DNA from: Tubiluchus corallicola
Lineage: Eukaryota; Animalia; Priapulida
Length of the DNA stretch: 64,000 bases
Reading direction: 5' to 3'
NCBI GenBank assembly: GCA_030141605.1
Contig: JAQGDQ010000002.1
Coordinates: 496,001-560,000, forward strand
Position 1 is the first letter of the stretch. Each line of letters begins with the position of its first letter. Of this stretch, positions 13,801 to 26,979 are shown in pieces. Below the pieces are notes generated by a model. The model did not search any database and was not told where the DNA came from. It saw nothing but the letters and a program-made list of their open reading frames with translations. The position numbers and the translations under genes are program-made.

Positions 13801-16800
13801 CGTGAAAAAGTCGTGACTGACTCTATCTTTGAACTGGAGACATTTGAATTGTTAGGCCACACTGTACCCGCATGGTTCATCAGCCAGCCTAGCATTTTCA
13901 GTATCAACACTTTGTACATCACATTCTTAAGTAGCCCACACCTACCTGTTTTGGTTTATTAGTGGAGTAGCCACCTAAGTAAATAGATTTGGTACATTTT
14001 TGAACGTTAAACACTAGACAGTGAGTTAAACAGTGCTTGCAAGAGTTTTCGCTCGGTGTCTGTCTTCCGAACCTTACAAGTTAATGATATTCTATGATCA
14101 GTTCAATGATTGAAATTCTCCATGATAAAATTTGCAGAGCAGTCCTGCCCATGGAACTCTATATTTTATTATTGGCTATGGCTAGGCATACATAATAGGT
14201 AGAGATACTGGCAGAAAGATCATCAGATTAAGGGTGTGGTGATATTAGAAGTCGTCTGGTCTCATTGTGAGTAGAAACTGGTACTGAATGCGCCTGGTGC
14301 CAGATGCAGCATTATTTTATAATTGTAGGTCACAAATATCCCTAGACGTGTTCAGTTGGTTGTATGTCTGTTTTCACTGACAAATTGTGAATAAGGCTCT
14401 AGACTACGAGCAGGTCGAGATCTTACTGTCAAAATGTCCTCAACCGCCTATCTGACTCGTCCAACGAGGTGATGCCATTTTTGGCGGGCTTTGACTTTCA
14501 AAAGTTCTCTTAAAACGGGTTTTTAATTTTTTTATTTATAGGAATTCGACTGGAGCTTTTATTTAAGGCTTAAAATATAATGGTTCTGTGACTTACGTTA
14601 CACTGGTTCATTACACTGTGTTAAGCAATATTTTTCTTTTTTTCGAAAACTCTGTAGTGCCAGTCACAATGCCTGTAAGAAATACCAAGAAATTCGATCT
14701 ATCTGTTAGACATTGAGCTTCTCTGTAATGAAATTAAATTCGACCATTAAGATTGTCCTCCTTATTATCATCATAGTAATTAGCAGAATCTTGTTGGTTT
14801 GGATCGTGAATTTTTATTAATAATTATATTCAAACTTAGCGTAGACATTTGTTATTATTTCTATACCATTTATTACGATTGCTATTCAGTATTGCTATGA
14901 TTGTTAATACTATATTGCTATGATAGTATTGCATGTAAACTATGATTTATTAAGTAAATAGGCCTATAATCGTTATCGAAACATTTTTCTAAATAATGTC
15001 TAGAGCGTCCAGTCTTGCTGTGCTCGAATAGAGTCTAGAGTGTTCGCTTGTTGGGCCTACGAGGGTCACTCACCCTAAGGTTCTTACTCAGATCAGCTCC
15101 TGTTAGACTAAGTGGGGTTCGAGTGTCTATTACACGAATGCCTTTATTGTGTCAAGTGAATTGAAGTCTGAATGACCCGAGTGAACCTTATTAAGCATAC
15201 TAGTGTTATCTAGATCTGTATTTGGTCAGTTGTTTCATTTAATTTACTTCCTGACCATTTTCCTGCTTACGCAGTTAATGTAGGCTTTAGCTTTTTTGCG
15301 AGCATATTTGATATATTAATTTACAGTTAGGGCATATGATTTATACACAATAACCTCAGTGAACCCTGTCTAAGCATATGCTTCCTTTTAACGCTCGTTC
15401 ATTTTAAATCCTTTATTAAGTTGCTGATTAATGCCCAAAAGATTCCGTCTTATTTTGGATAAACCAACGTTGAAACAAAGTGGAAACGGTAAACCTCTCT
15501 AATAACCCCTTTGTCGTTGCTACTTTTCTTCGCGACCACCGTTAGCTCCTTAAAGTGTTTTACTGCTTCCTGCACCATATCAACAATTAGTATACAACGG
15601 TAGAGGGTAGATCCTATGTTCGAGGCCGAGTCAGATAAATTTTTTTAGTCGTAGACTTCTCCATCGTTTTTTTTTCATTTATTAAAAGAATAGTTTCACT
15701 TAACATGGGTTACGTAATTATTTAAGGAGCGTTTCTTGTATTCGCCAGTCTTGCCACAAACCTTGCTGATGCGTTACAGACTGCACCTTGGAAGTCTCTA
15801 ACTCTCTTTAGTAGAATAGTGACTCGTTTGATTCTATCGATTTTCAACTACACTATTCGTGCCACTGTGTCCTCTGCCTCATTAGATCTTGTCAATTTGT
15901 TTGCGCTGGCTACGGTGCTGTGTACGTATTTATAACTCCGATATTGATACATGTATGGACATTATGAATTTTGACAATTCAGATAAGTGCTCAGTAACTG
16001 ACCGTTGTTGCTTACATTACACATAATTATGACGTATACTGAATGTGGGTATCTTTATTTTAATAGTATGTTTTAGATTGCACAGCTCATATTTAGCTAA
16101 ATGCAAATTTATTGAGTATCTTCAGCATTTTCTTTTATGACTAGCAGTTGATTTGTATAAATAAAGGGTTTGATACTACACGCCTACAGCGTAGCATCAA
16201 TAGTAGATCAATAAGATGCAGTTGCTCACTCATGAACCATCCACTGTATCTTGTAGGAAAGGTACATGCTAACGACAATGAATGGCCATTTTGTATGTTT
16301 TGTGCACTGCAAGTTAATGTCGTCTGTTGCATTGATTTAACTAGAATTGCTGTCATTGTAACCAAAGTTTAATACCAAACGGAACAGTATGTGGCAAAAA
16401 CACATTAAATGGTTAGTTGTTACAGTTTGCCGTAATCCAGTTTTTAAACTTTCTAATAAAAAAGAATAAGATAAACAATTCGGTAATCTGTAAAAATATA
16501 TAATCTATTCAGTCGCGCAGCACGCACGAGTTCAAAAAGCGCCATCTGGTTACCACACTCAAGTCATATCGATTATAAAAAAGTATTGTAACCCTTAGAA
16601 CCATATTCACGCTGTCTGGTTATAGTTTTTAACCATAGGAATGCGCGCGATCATCACGTTCTCAGACGGTTATGAATGTAGTAAAACTGTATAGCAGGTT
16701 TTTATTATTAGTTTTTGATGTTTTGCGGTGTTTAGGTTATACATATAGATTCATCTTTTCCAATAACAAGTAGGCGTGTAAGCAGATATAAATAGCTTTA

Positions 16801-19800
16801 GCTTTTTCACGATTCTCAAATCTACCTAAAGTTTGTCAGAAACAGTTTACAAGAACTATTTTGTGAAGCTTGTGCACTTGCTCTGTGCCGTTTAACTTAT
16901 TTAAGAGTTTCAGATGTGCACTCATGTAGAACGACGAAGCCCTTGAACGTTTCCAGACAGGAGTTCGTTGCGGCAAACCATCAACTCAGAAAGCTTCTTC
17001 TTAACTTGAAATTTATGGTCGTATCGTATCTCAATGCTGCTTGGCTACTAGATAGCAATTTCCGTTGTTTTATTGATGACTGTCGCGAAGTAAAAACTCT
17101 TAGAATCATCTGTCGTTTTGTTTTCGCCGTTTTACTTTTATTTATAGTGTCAAATGTCAAATTACTTTAAATTACTGAGCACTTACCTCCATTAGGGCTG
17201 TGCACAAAATGAGTGAGAGCTTTACAAGATCTAGTAATATGGCATTTCTTGACAGTAGAGAAAGGGGCAGAACAGTTATCCCGTATGAATAGATGATGGA
17301 TCCTTATTATTGTGTTCTTAGTTTCCTGAGTTTCTATTCATCGTTGCATCTTTCTAGTGCTGCCGTATGTTTCCCGTTATTACCATGGCCTCAAAACTTT
17401 TTTTGCCAATTTTTTCCGTTGTATGTCTTAGTTGCCATTCTAGTTTTTTCTTATAATCGGTTTTTCGTAGCACGCCTTATAATCATCATATTATCATTAT
17501 TGTTTTAATTACTGCATGGTTGTTACTTTGGCCATCTTAGGGTGAGATTTCTGAAAGCATTTCAGTCTCCAATGCGCAGTATATTTGTAACCGCAAGCCT
17601 GAGGAGTTGAAGATTGGGCAAAAACTTCTTTGGAGGCCTAATCTCTATGTTTAGTTCACAAATCTCTTTTGAGCCTGAGCACACAAGTTAGGCGATTATC
17701 TGATTAAGCAGAATTTGAAGAAAGTTGTATAAATGCAGTAGCTAATGCTTGCCTTGCTAGTTGGTTTTCGTGAGTGCTGCTTCCTAAACCTTTAACATGT
17801 TGGTTTTCAGAGAACAGTCACTGATTCCTCTTTAGCCTATGCAAACCTTTATGATCATGAGCTTCTGAGAATCAAATCAGGGCTTACAAATGTGTGGTGA
17901 TTGTGAATACAATATTGCATTGCTTTTGAAAAACTTTTAGTAGTTCATATTGAGCAAGTTGTTTCACTAACTAAGTAATAACATTGTAGGTCAAAGCGTT
18001 TAAAATTCTAAATTCTCTGTGTTTGAAGACATGCAGCTAATAAAGAAAACGATAGTTTTTGTACTTAACGATTAATTCCCAGGTGTATTGCCCCGTAACC
18101 CATTGTAATACTAATTAACAAAATCACGTGTTTTGCGGCACAGCTCATGACTGAGACGTGGACATTGTAATCGTTCTAAATTATTAATTAGAAGCATCTT
18201 ATCAGCCAGGTTTTGAAGTTTAAACTGTAGAGAGCATACGCTATGTCAGCATCAAGTATAACGCGCAGTTGTATAATCGTTTCTTAAACACGTTATATGC
18301 AATTAGCCATATGTTTCAGTTTAAATAGTAACAAGTATTAGCAGTAGTAATACCAGCTGAATAATTTCCCAAAAAATTAACAGCTGCAGCAGCAGAAGAG
18401 ATGGTCTGCTACAATGACAAAATTAAAATCTTGATGCGTTCCAGCTAATCTCTTAAAAACAAGAATCTAAAAAATTAAAATCATTGGTTAATTGTGGTCG
18501 TTTTCAGTATTAGGTGACATCTGTGCTAGGACACTAGAAAAGGAGATTGCACCGAGGAAGCTGACGAAAGTATGAGGCGGTGATTTGAAATCATTTTTTT
18601 GGTTAAAGAGGTTATTTAGATTCTAGACGGGTTGTAGTTTGAGTTATACGCTTTCACACAGAATAGCTGAAAGCTTTAACGCCAGCGGTATTACGATTTA
18701 TTGCGAGGAAATTATTGTTTATTGCTTGGAGAATTCGGAAAAATTTTACGCCTGGTCTGTATTCTTGTACGTTTGAAGTCTGGTGATTGACAGTTTTTTG
18801 CTGCATTATTGAGCTGAGCGAGTCTTGCGGGTTTACTCGAGTGTTAGTAAAAGTGATTTTGCGGTAGATGAGATTATTAATATTTTCCAAAATTCGAGCA
18901 GACTCCTGCTGCTGTGAGGCAACCATTTGAAACGAATCTGATGAACAGGAGATTTTTAATAATTCTTATAACGATTTCAGAATTCAGATGTAGTCTGAAA
19001 ATGGCAAGAATTTTATTCTTCAAATTTGAGGCATAACTGAGGCAAACTTCAATGTTTGTACAAACGTTTAATATCATCTTATATCTCCGCGGCTATATCG
19101 TTTCTCGGTCCTGTTGGCAGTTAAATGCTGTATTGTCTGATAACCTCTGCCCGAGGTCGGGGAATTGACATTTTATTAAATGTAAGAATAATGATAGACC
19201 TGTGTGATTAATGACGATTGCACATTGCTCAGGACTGCCAATTTTGTTTGCTCAGTGTATCCGTGTTTCGAGAACTTTCACGAGTGATGTTAATAAGCCT
19301 GTCCTTTATCGATGATCCTTGCTGAGAGTGATTCTTCTGTGCGAGTTGTTAAAGGGCGTTCGGTGCGTCAAATCAGGTAGTTACTGTACTGTAGATAACG
19401 TGTGTCGTTCACCTGTATTATAGGCTCTATATGGTTGGCTGTGTTTGTAAATAAGTGAGGAATTAGTCTCTGTGCCAATTATTGCAACAGGAATGTTTGA
19501 AAACGAGCCCCTGTCTACAGTGGTTTGTGCAAAGAACAAGCTACTGGGTAAAATGGAGGTGTTAGTAAAGGATCTGCTGTAGAAAAAGGGAAATTGTTAG
19601 TATATTCCTGGTGGGTCTTTGAAATAAAAAAGACGGCGAATATTATATTTTCTTGGTTTTTAAAGAAAGATTGCAACACTGTAGTACTCACACTGCACAT
19701 CAAGAGATACTGTATCACATACGTAACAGGAGAGTTGTGAGAGCTTTGTTCCAAAAAATTGTACAACCAAAATGGCTTTGTGCAGTATTGTAATTGTAAA

Positions 19801-20554
19801 GTATGATGTCCGTTTAGTGAAAATACTAAGAATCTCAGCCTATCATTTTTTCAGGGTTCAGGGAGTTCAGAAAGCGATTAGAAAATAAGAATCCGAAAAT
19901 ACCTATTATAGCCTGTGGTTGAGAGAAAAATTGCCAAAGTGTTGCAAGGTGGCTAGTGTAGCTAGGTAGCACCGTAGTGCATGTGTTCAATTTTTTACTG
20001 GAAAAGTTTTCTCCCCTAAAAGCGCTGCAAATATGGTCGTTTGCAATTCTTTATTCTACCACTAAACTTTCTGTAAGTTTTTGGAACTTTAACCTATTTC
20101 GTAATTAACACAGCTCCAACGCTTTTGTTTACGCACGGTCAGCAATGACGCTGCATTATAGTAAACATCATTATTTACCGATTATTTGCAAGTAACCATG
20201 CAGGTATTTTTACTGGTTTGTTAGAATGCATGCCGGAAGAATTTCTGCCTAGAAACGATTCATAGATTATTTCTGTGTACACAATGAAAAATCTTTAGCA
20301 TAAGTCATGTACACATAAATTTACTACATTCATCTTGATTTGTTGTTTTCTTACTGGTGGTTTATTTTTTACGACTACGTAACGACAAAGTAGAAGTGAA
20401 AAATCCTCATTTTTTATATTTTTGCTGCGTAGTTATTTTTGGAGAATGTGAACTTGCTTCGGCTTTCGGGTGATCTGGTAATTGCTACACAGTTAGTAGA
20501 CATCATATTGTTCAGTTTTCAGTTTTTTTGGAAGCACGCTAGCCCACAACTAAA

Positions 20555-20592
20555 CCCACCACCCCAACCCCATCACCACCACCACCACCACC
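20555..20592. repeat. Short (ACC)n low-complexity tract
   Basis: Directly visible; source of the poly-His and poly-Gly ORF artefacts. Confidence 0.7.
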
Positions 20593-22041
20593 TAGCGAAT
20601 TTGCTAGTTCCCTCCGAGACCTCTGGCTTTTCCTGTTGAAGGTCAGTCGAAATTGCTGTAACATTTCCAGTTTCACTTTAGAGCCACCGTCGGACACCTT
20701 GGATAAATTCATCTTGAATAAATGCCTCACACTCGGTATCAGTCTGCTTCATCGTTCTATTCCAGATGGAAAACATTTTTAATGTGCGAAAAAGAATTTC
20801 AGCAATTACGTACATGATAATTTAGAAATTATTATGCTTTGGCAGTAGAATAAGTTAATGGCGATATTGTAAATTTATTGTAAAATGAATTCTATGCCAT
20901 CCCTCTGAAAATTATGTTTGCGTATATTTTAATTCGTGAAATTTGAATTTGCGCTTTATGCAAAGTTCACTAAGTTCATACTAGTCATCTACCTGCATGG
21001 CATACTGCTCAGTGCTCAGTATGAATGTATGTAGTTAATATACAGTCACTGCAGTGTAAATTAAACTTTGCCCCTTTTGGCAGGTAGTTTTTGCCGTTTC
21101 AGCTATGCAATAGAATGCTGGAATGCTTTACTGTTTATGCAGATGTGAATTTTATCTGATTACACATTATAATGTTATGCTGATAACGTAAGTGTATGTT
21201 CATACGCCCAGTCAGGTTAACTTGCTATTCTCTACCTACGTGCAATCTAAAGTGTGGTTGCATTATTGCAGTGCTTGCGTGTGTCTAGATATTGAATATT
21301 CGCATATTGCAGTTGGCATTGATTAACTATTTATATGTGTTATTGTCATCACATTGGATAATTTGTTGCTAGACGAATGCCGCGCATATTTATAATTACA
21401 AACCGAGGCTGCTACCCTATTAATTAAGTGATGATGACCTACTTTCTGCATAAAAATCTATTTTTGGCTGTTCGGCTTTTTGCTACTTCAAGATTGTTAT
21501 ATAGCTACTTATTTGTGAATTTTTGTTGGATGTCGATAACATCAATTTAGTTTTACAATTATTCCACTGGACATTGTCTTCTTGATACAGCGACGTCTTT
21601 TAATCAACATCACTAACCTTTGGAGATCTTTCCTTCCCATTTCAGTGCAAGCAAAGGCGGACTTTGTTCGCTTTGAAAAAACTTAACAGCAACACTCCTG
21701 CCGTGGAAATAAATTTAAGGATTTCGCTTTATCGTCTGTTTGCCTTTCGTCTGGGTGTTAAAAACGAATAGCAGTAATGTACTTTGTACAGTGTGCTGAA
21801 TGACAACTTCAACTAATGTTAAGTTCATTTTAAATCTTGGTTATGGGTTTTGACTTGCGTTTATTCGTAGTACTCAGCAGTACAAAATTCTCAACGTTCA
21901 ACTTGTGGTCAGTTCCGATGACCATACAGTTCTTGGATGTGTGCCATGAATAATGAAATCGACTGAGTGTACCACATACTACTTGTAAGTAACTTATGGT
22001 TGCTGTGCTTTGGTGCAGTTTTCTTTAGCAAGTATTGTAAA

Positions 22042-22237
22042 ATGCTAAAGCACATTAAAGTGAAAAACCCTAAAGGGAAAAAAGCTTGCAGTGATGAGCG
22101 CGAGTTAGTGCCTGTGAGTGCAAGTGAATCAGAGAAAGATCACTTCGCCGTGAAACTAAGTTACTCTTTTGCTTTGGAACGAGAGACATCTGATACTTCA
22201 TTGGAAACTGTGTTGCCATTGTCTCCCAGTTGTACAG
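22042..22237 (+). CDS. Candidate alternative first coding exon of the MPP5-like gene
   Basis: ATG-initiated open frame MLKHIKVKNPKGKK...LSPSCT ending ACA G|gtaaac, phase 1, compatible with acceptor 26150; no homology support. Confidence 0.35.
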
Positions 22238-25200
22238 GTAAACAGGTAAAATAATTGCATAATTAGGCACAGCATGTACACGCCAAACGTCTCGAAGCAA
22301 TTGCTGCTTCACACTGGGACGTGGTATTAAATCCAGCAAAGCATTGCTTTTAGCACACATGGCTTTATCTATAACCATGCCATTGCTCATAGGTGGGCTT
22401 CAAAAACGTGCTTCTTTTATATGCATTCCTTTGCAGTTCTGACTTGTTAATATCAGCTGTCCAAACAACTGCGGGCCATACGTTGGGAAACTAATAACTT
22501 AATTTGTTTATCTGCTGTTTTCTGTCTGCAGAAATTCCCCCATCGTTTGACAAGTAAACAGTCTCTTCTGGCGAATTGTGTTTGGAACTTGGTCAAAAAT
22601 AGGCCATTCTGGTCGAGAAGGTTGGTGCGAAAAGCTATTTAGGGGGGTATAAGGTTAGTGCGTTTCGTATCAAACGGCTAGGGCTGTACTACGTGGCATC
22701 CACCCATTTCGCCAGTTGACAATTCGCTACTAGTACAGTTAAGCAGTGGTAATGTTCGCCACTAGTATAATTTCACTGCTATGTTACTACCTTAGTACTT
22801 CTACCAAAATATTTCACGGTTATGGTCTGTGATAAGGCCTTGTTACTGTCTGGCTGGGATGTAAAAATTGGACTGGGCAGTTTCTGTTCTGGTTGTGGTC
22901 AGCACTTCGGCACCGGCTCGGTCTGGTGTGATCTGTGACCGGGTTTTAGACTAGTTTTCCGATAGAGCTTCTTCCCAGGAAAGCCTTTTGCCAGAAAAGT
23001 GCTTGCTTTTTTGTTGTTGTTGGCATGTTGGCAGTGTTTAATATTTATTTTACTTTTACTGCTAGTCTACTAATTTATTTTATTTGAACCACATATGTAA
23101 CTTAACTGTACGTGTGTGTCCGAAAATAAATGATTTTAATAATAATAATAATAAAAACTTCAGAGAAATTTTTTTTTGTCAGAATTGCCATTTTATATAA
23201 TACTGTAGCCATATAATGTAATACAATTATAACAATTAATCAGTTACAAAAAATTAACCGTATATTCTGTTTGTGCAAAATAATGTTTTATGAAGTTCGA
23301 CTGCTGACAGTTCCCCAAAAAGTTGTACCTCGTTTACTTACGACAAATAGTTGCCTTGTTTCTGCTTTTAAAAGATAGGAAGTATTTTAACTGTGCACTT
23401 TTTGCTTGTTACTAAGGAATGTGTTTTAAAACGATTGTGAAATGTGTTTCGTGTTGTTGTTGATGTGTATCGCGAGAACGTATCAATTGCTACTCGCTGC
23501 CTTTTCGCTGGTTTTGTGTAAATCTCACGCACATTAATCGTATTGCAGTAATAAATCTCCCTCGCGGCTGAACTAGAAGCACTCTGATTTTAGGATAGGA
23601 CCCTCGTATTTTGGCTTCATGTAATGCTCAGTTTTTCACTTTGTACGCTGACCATCGTGCGTGTAAAGTTACGTTACAGGCTGACTAGTATCAAGCTCGT
23701 TATTGAACCTTGGTGGATACCAAGCGATTACGAGACAAATCTTTCCCAGAATGACTGAATCTATTACATGATTGTAAAACAACAACAGCTGCTGCTGTGT
23801 TGAAGTTTTTTTGCTTTCGTTTTAGATTCTGTGAAGAAGTGTGGTAGCATGTTCCATTGTAGATAGCGTAAAATTGACACGTTTTGTCTTTGGAAAATCT
23901 CAGGTTATCAAAAATTTCAGACACAGCGATTGTATAAAACGTATTATTAGTATAATTATTAAACGTATTATTAAAACGTTTCATATAATTAGGCTGAAAC
24001 AGCCTCTAATCTAGAGTGGTCCATAGAAATAAGTGCAGTAACTAGATTTACATTGCAAAGACATCTAGACACTTTCTTGTATGTGAGGCCCGGATAGGCA
24101 CAGAGTGAGGATCTTCCACGTAGGCATTTCTGTCAAAACAGGCAAAAATACCCATTCTGTTGTTTTTGACCGCAAAGTTGGTTATGACCATCCTGCCAGT
24201 AAAGGACGATTTTGATGTCTTATGTAAGGCAAACAGTGAATGTTTCTGTTAATTAAAGTTTTGTGACTTTGTTTTGATAATATTAAGTGTTTACAAAATC
24301 GTTCTGTGTCTACAATTATTATTATTATTTTTATTTACTCTATTCCTAAATTTTATCAAGGCATCATGCATTCGACAAATTTGTATGCAAGCGTTGTTGT
24401 GCCTGAGCTGATGCATACATCTTTCTGGTACTTTCCAAATAACCTTGTGATCAATGCATTATTTCTTGTTGAGTGATTATATAGACGCACGGTGAGCAGT
24501 GTAAAAAGAAAAATGAGTTTTTTGCGAAAATTCCACCTATCTGCTGAATTTATGGTTTATGTGTTGCAGCTATTTTGTTTTTGGAAACCCTGTACTATAG
24601 ACTTGTTACAAAGCGCGACAATTATACGTATGGTCATGACAAATTAGTAACTACTGTTTCAGTGATAACTTGCCAAATCGTTGATCAGTAAAATCTTTTG
24701 TTATTCTTTTCTGTGTTAGTTTTGAAGCAGATTTGCGATATAATTCGTGCTTGTCACTTGTGATATTTCACTGCTTCTCTTTACTGAACTTAAAATGCTT
24801 AGAAGCCAGCCTTAACGTGCTTTTTCTAGGCTTCCTTTACGCCTCCAACTATCACTCATCTATCTCAGTTTACTGTCAGAAATAAATTCTGCTGAGTGGC
24901 AAAAACAGACAAGAGTGCTGAAAGCTTGGCTTGGATGGATGACACGTGGAAAATCAAAACAAATGGAAGAAATACATGTTGCAGAAATTGTTGGCAATAT
25001 GCTCAAAAATTGTCACAGTTATCACAAAAGTTCTCTCTACGCCATCCGCAAAATGTTGTTCTTGTCTCAAGTCGTGTTAGGTATTTTTTGGAGAACATCG
25101 TAAAAATCGTTTGTTTTTAAAATACTGATATACTCTTATAAAGTCCCTAACATTTTATTTTGGTAATATCGAGTATGGCGTATAAGCAGATATGATTTCA

Positions 25201-26149
25201 TGGACTGGTGCACTTTATTAGCATTATCAGTACTGTCAGCGTGGCAATAGTTTCATTCATATAGACCTAATTTAATGTTGAAGAAAATCGGTCGGCTTAA
25301 AAGTTAATTATTACCTATAAAAAGCATCTTTAGATTACAAATGGTTCTGGTTTAAAGTAAGCGTAGCTTCTTTAGATTATATATAATATGCGTTGGTCTT
25401 TATACTACTGAGTTACAAATGGTGGATTTGGTGAGAAAAAAACAACAAAGAAATAGAGTTTACGGTGCGACGCCTACAGCTTGGAAACTACCTACCTAGT
25501 CAGTCTGACAGCAAATTAAGGGGTTTATTGGCGTAGTAAAATTTTTCAATATAACCTCCACCTCTTTCCAATGAATGCGGTTGAAGTTGTAAAATAATAA
25601 ATTGCAGCACGTACATATGTGCTACTCACTCAGAGCGAAAGACGACCGGTATAAGGCTCGTTTTCAGATTATTACGTAGAATTCACTCCAATTATTCATG
25701 TAATTCGATCAAAATGGACATGTCCTTGTTTCTTTCATTTCTTTACATTACAGCTTTACGAAACTACGTAATACTACACAGAGGCACCTCTCTCCTGGTC
25801 CCCTTCATATTAGTATGGTCTTTTATTGATGTAAGGGTTACCAGTTTGGTTGGTATCCAACACTGTAAAATGATCCGTATATTGTCCAAACTGCAAAACA
25901 ACTTCTAGACAAATGTTACTTACTTGAGACACGTACATTCACTATTTTTTTAAATTCTATGCAATTTTGATTCAAAAGCTTTCTGCAGCGTCTATGTACT
26001 TGTGTGCTTATTGAAACAGAATAAGTACGTACTGTCATGTAACTTATGGTTGGCATTTATGTTTTGAATAACCATTTCCTTATTTTTCAAAATTTATTTT
26101 GAAAAAGCTATTTCAAAATTTAATGAAACAATTTTTACGTTTATTTTAG

Positions 26150-26870
26150 TATTGGATTCTCCAAACAGCATTCAGGAAGCATACGTGATTGCTGTTGAAG
26201 AACAAGCAAAGGAGAGGCTAGACAAGCTCTCCGCACTACATAAAATCAAACCTGTTGATATGACCAAAATTCCGCACTTGCAGAATTCACCGCATGAGGG
26301 CTCTGACAATGTGATTGACACAAACTCTGTATTTGTAGCGCAAATACCTGCTTTGAGCAATAACAGTGATTCCCATAGTTTAGGGGGAAACAGCAATAAT
26401 TCGTTAAAAGTGAACGTTGAAGTAGAGCCCGGTAAAACCATGGACTCTCCGCCTGTTTTAATAAGACAAAGCGATACAAAAATGTCTTCTTTTGGCAAAC
26501 ATTTACCAAATGATGTGCATTACAATGGACATACATATGATAATAATTGGGACTCACATAGTAATAACAGTGCTCATAGGGAACTGCCGGTAGATGTACC
26601 CGATGGTTTTGTTGGGAAAACGAAAGTTCCACCAAAATATCCTACTCCTCAGCGATCGCCACAAAACAATGTTTCTTCACATGTGATCACAGACATGTCT
26701 CAGACTGACAATAGGGGGCAACAGGCAACGCCCGAGCAGCTAGAGCGAATTAGGAAGTATCAGAATGAGATACGGAAAAAGAAGGAAGAAGATGACAGAA
26801 GAGAGAAAGAACAAGAATTTTTGAGAACATCCCTTCGTGGTTCAAAGAAACTCCAAGCCCTTATGAACAA
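26150..26870 (+). CDS. MPP5: MPP5-like large exon (ECR1 and ECR2/coiled coil)
   Basis: ttattttag|; ORF 26152-26874 with QEAYVIAVEEQAKERL, HRELPVDVPDGF and QLERIRKYQ...EFLRTSLRGSKKLQAL; AA|gtaagt. Confidence 0.92.
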
Positions 26871-26979
26871 GTAAGTTGAAAATGTTCTGCATGTGTTACA
26901 TCAAAAATGTGAAATGATATAAATGTTTTATATGGGTTTTCAGCCTTTTCAGTAAATATTTGCCAAGTAAATATTAGGC

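Noticed and set aside
14392-14720. Possible Harbinger-like MITE
   Set aside because: Terminal inverted match too weak and no TSD
20439-20730. Poly-His and poly-Gly ORFs
   Set aside because: Arise from a short (ACC)n tract; no splice or homology support
26172-26635. Minus-strand ORFs of 108 and 129 aa
   Set aside because: Antisense shadows of the large MPP5 exon
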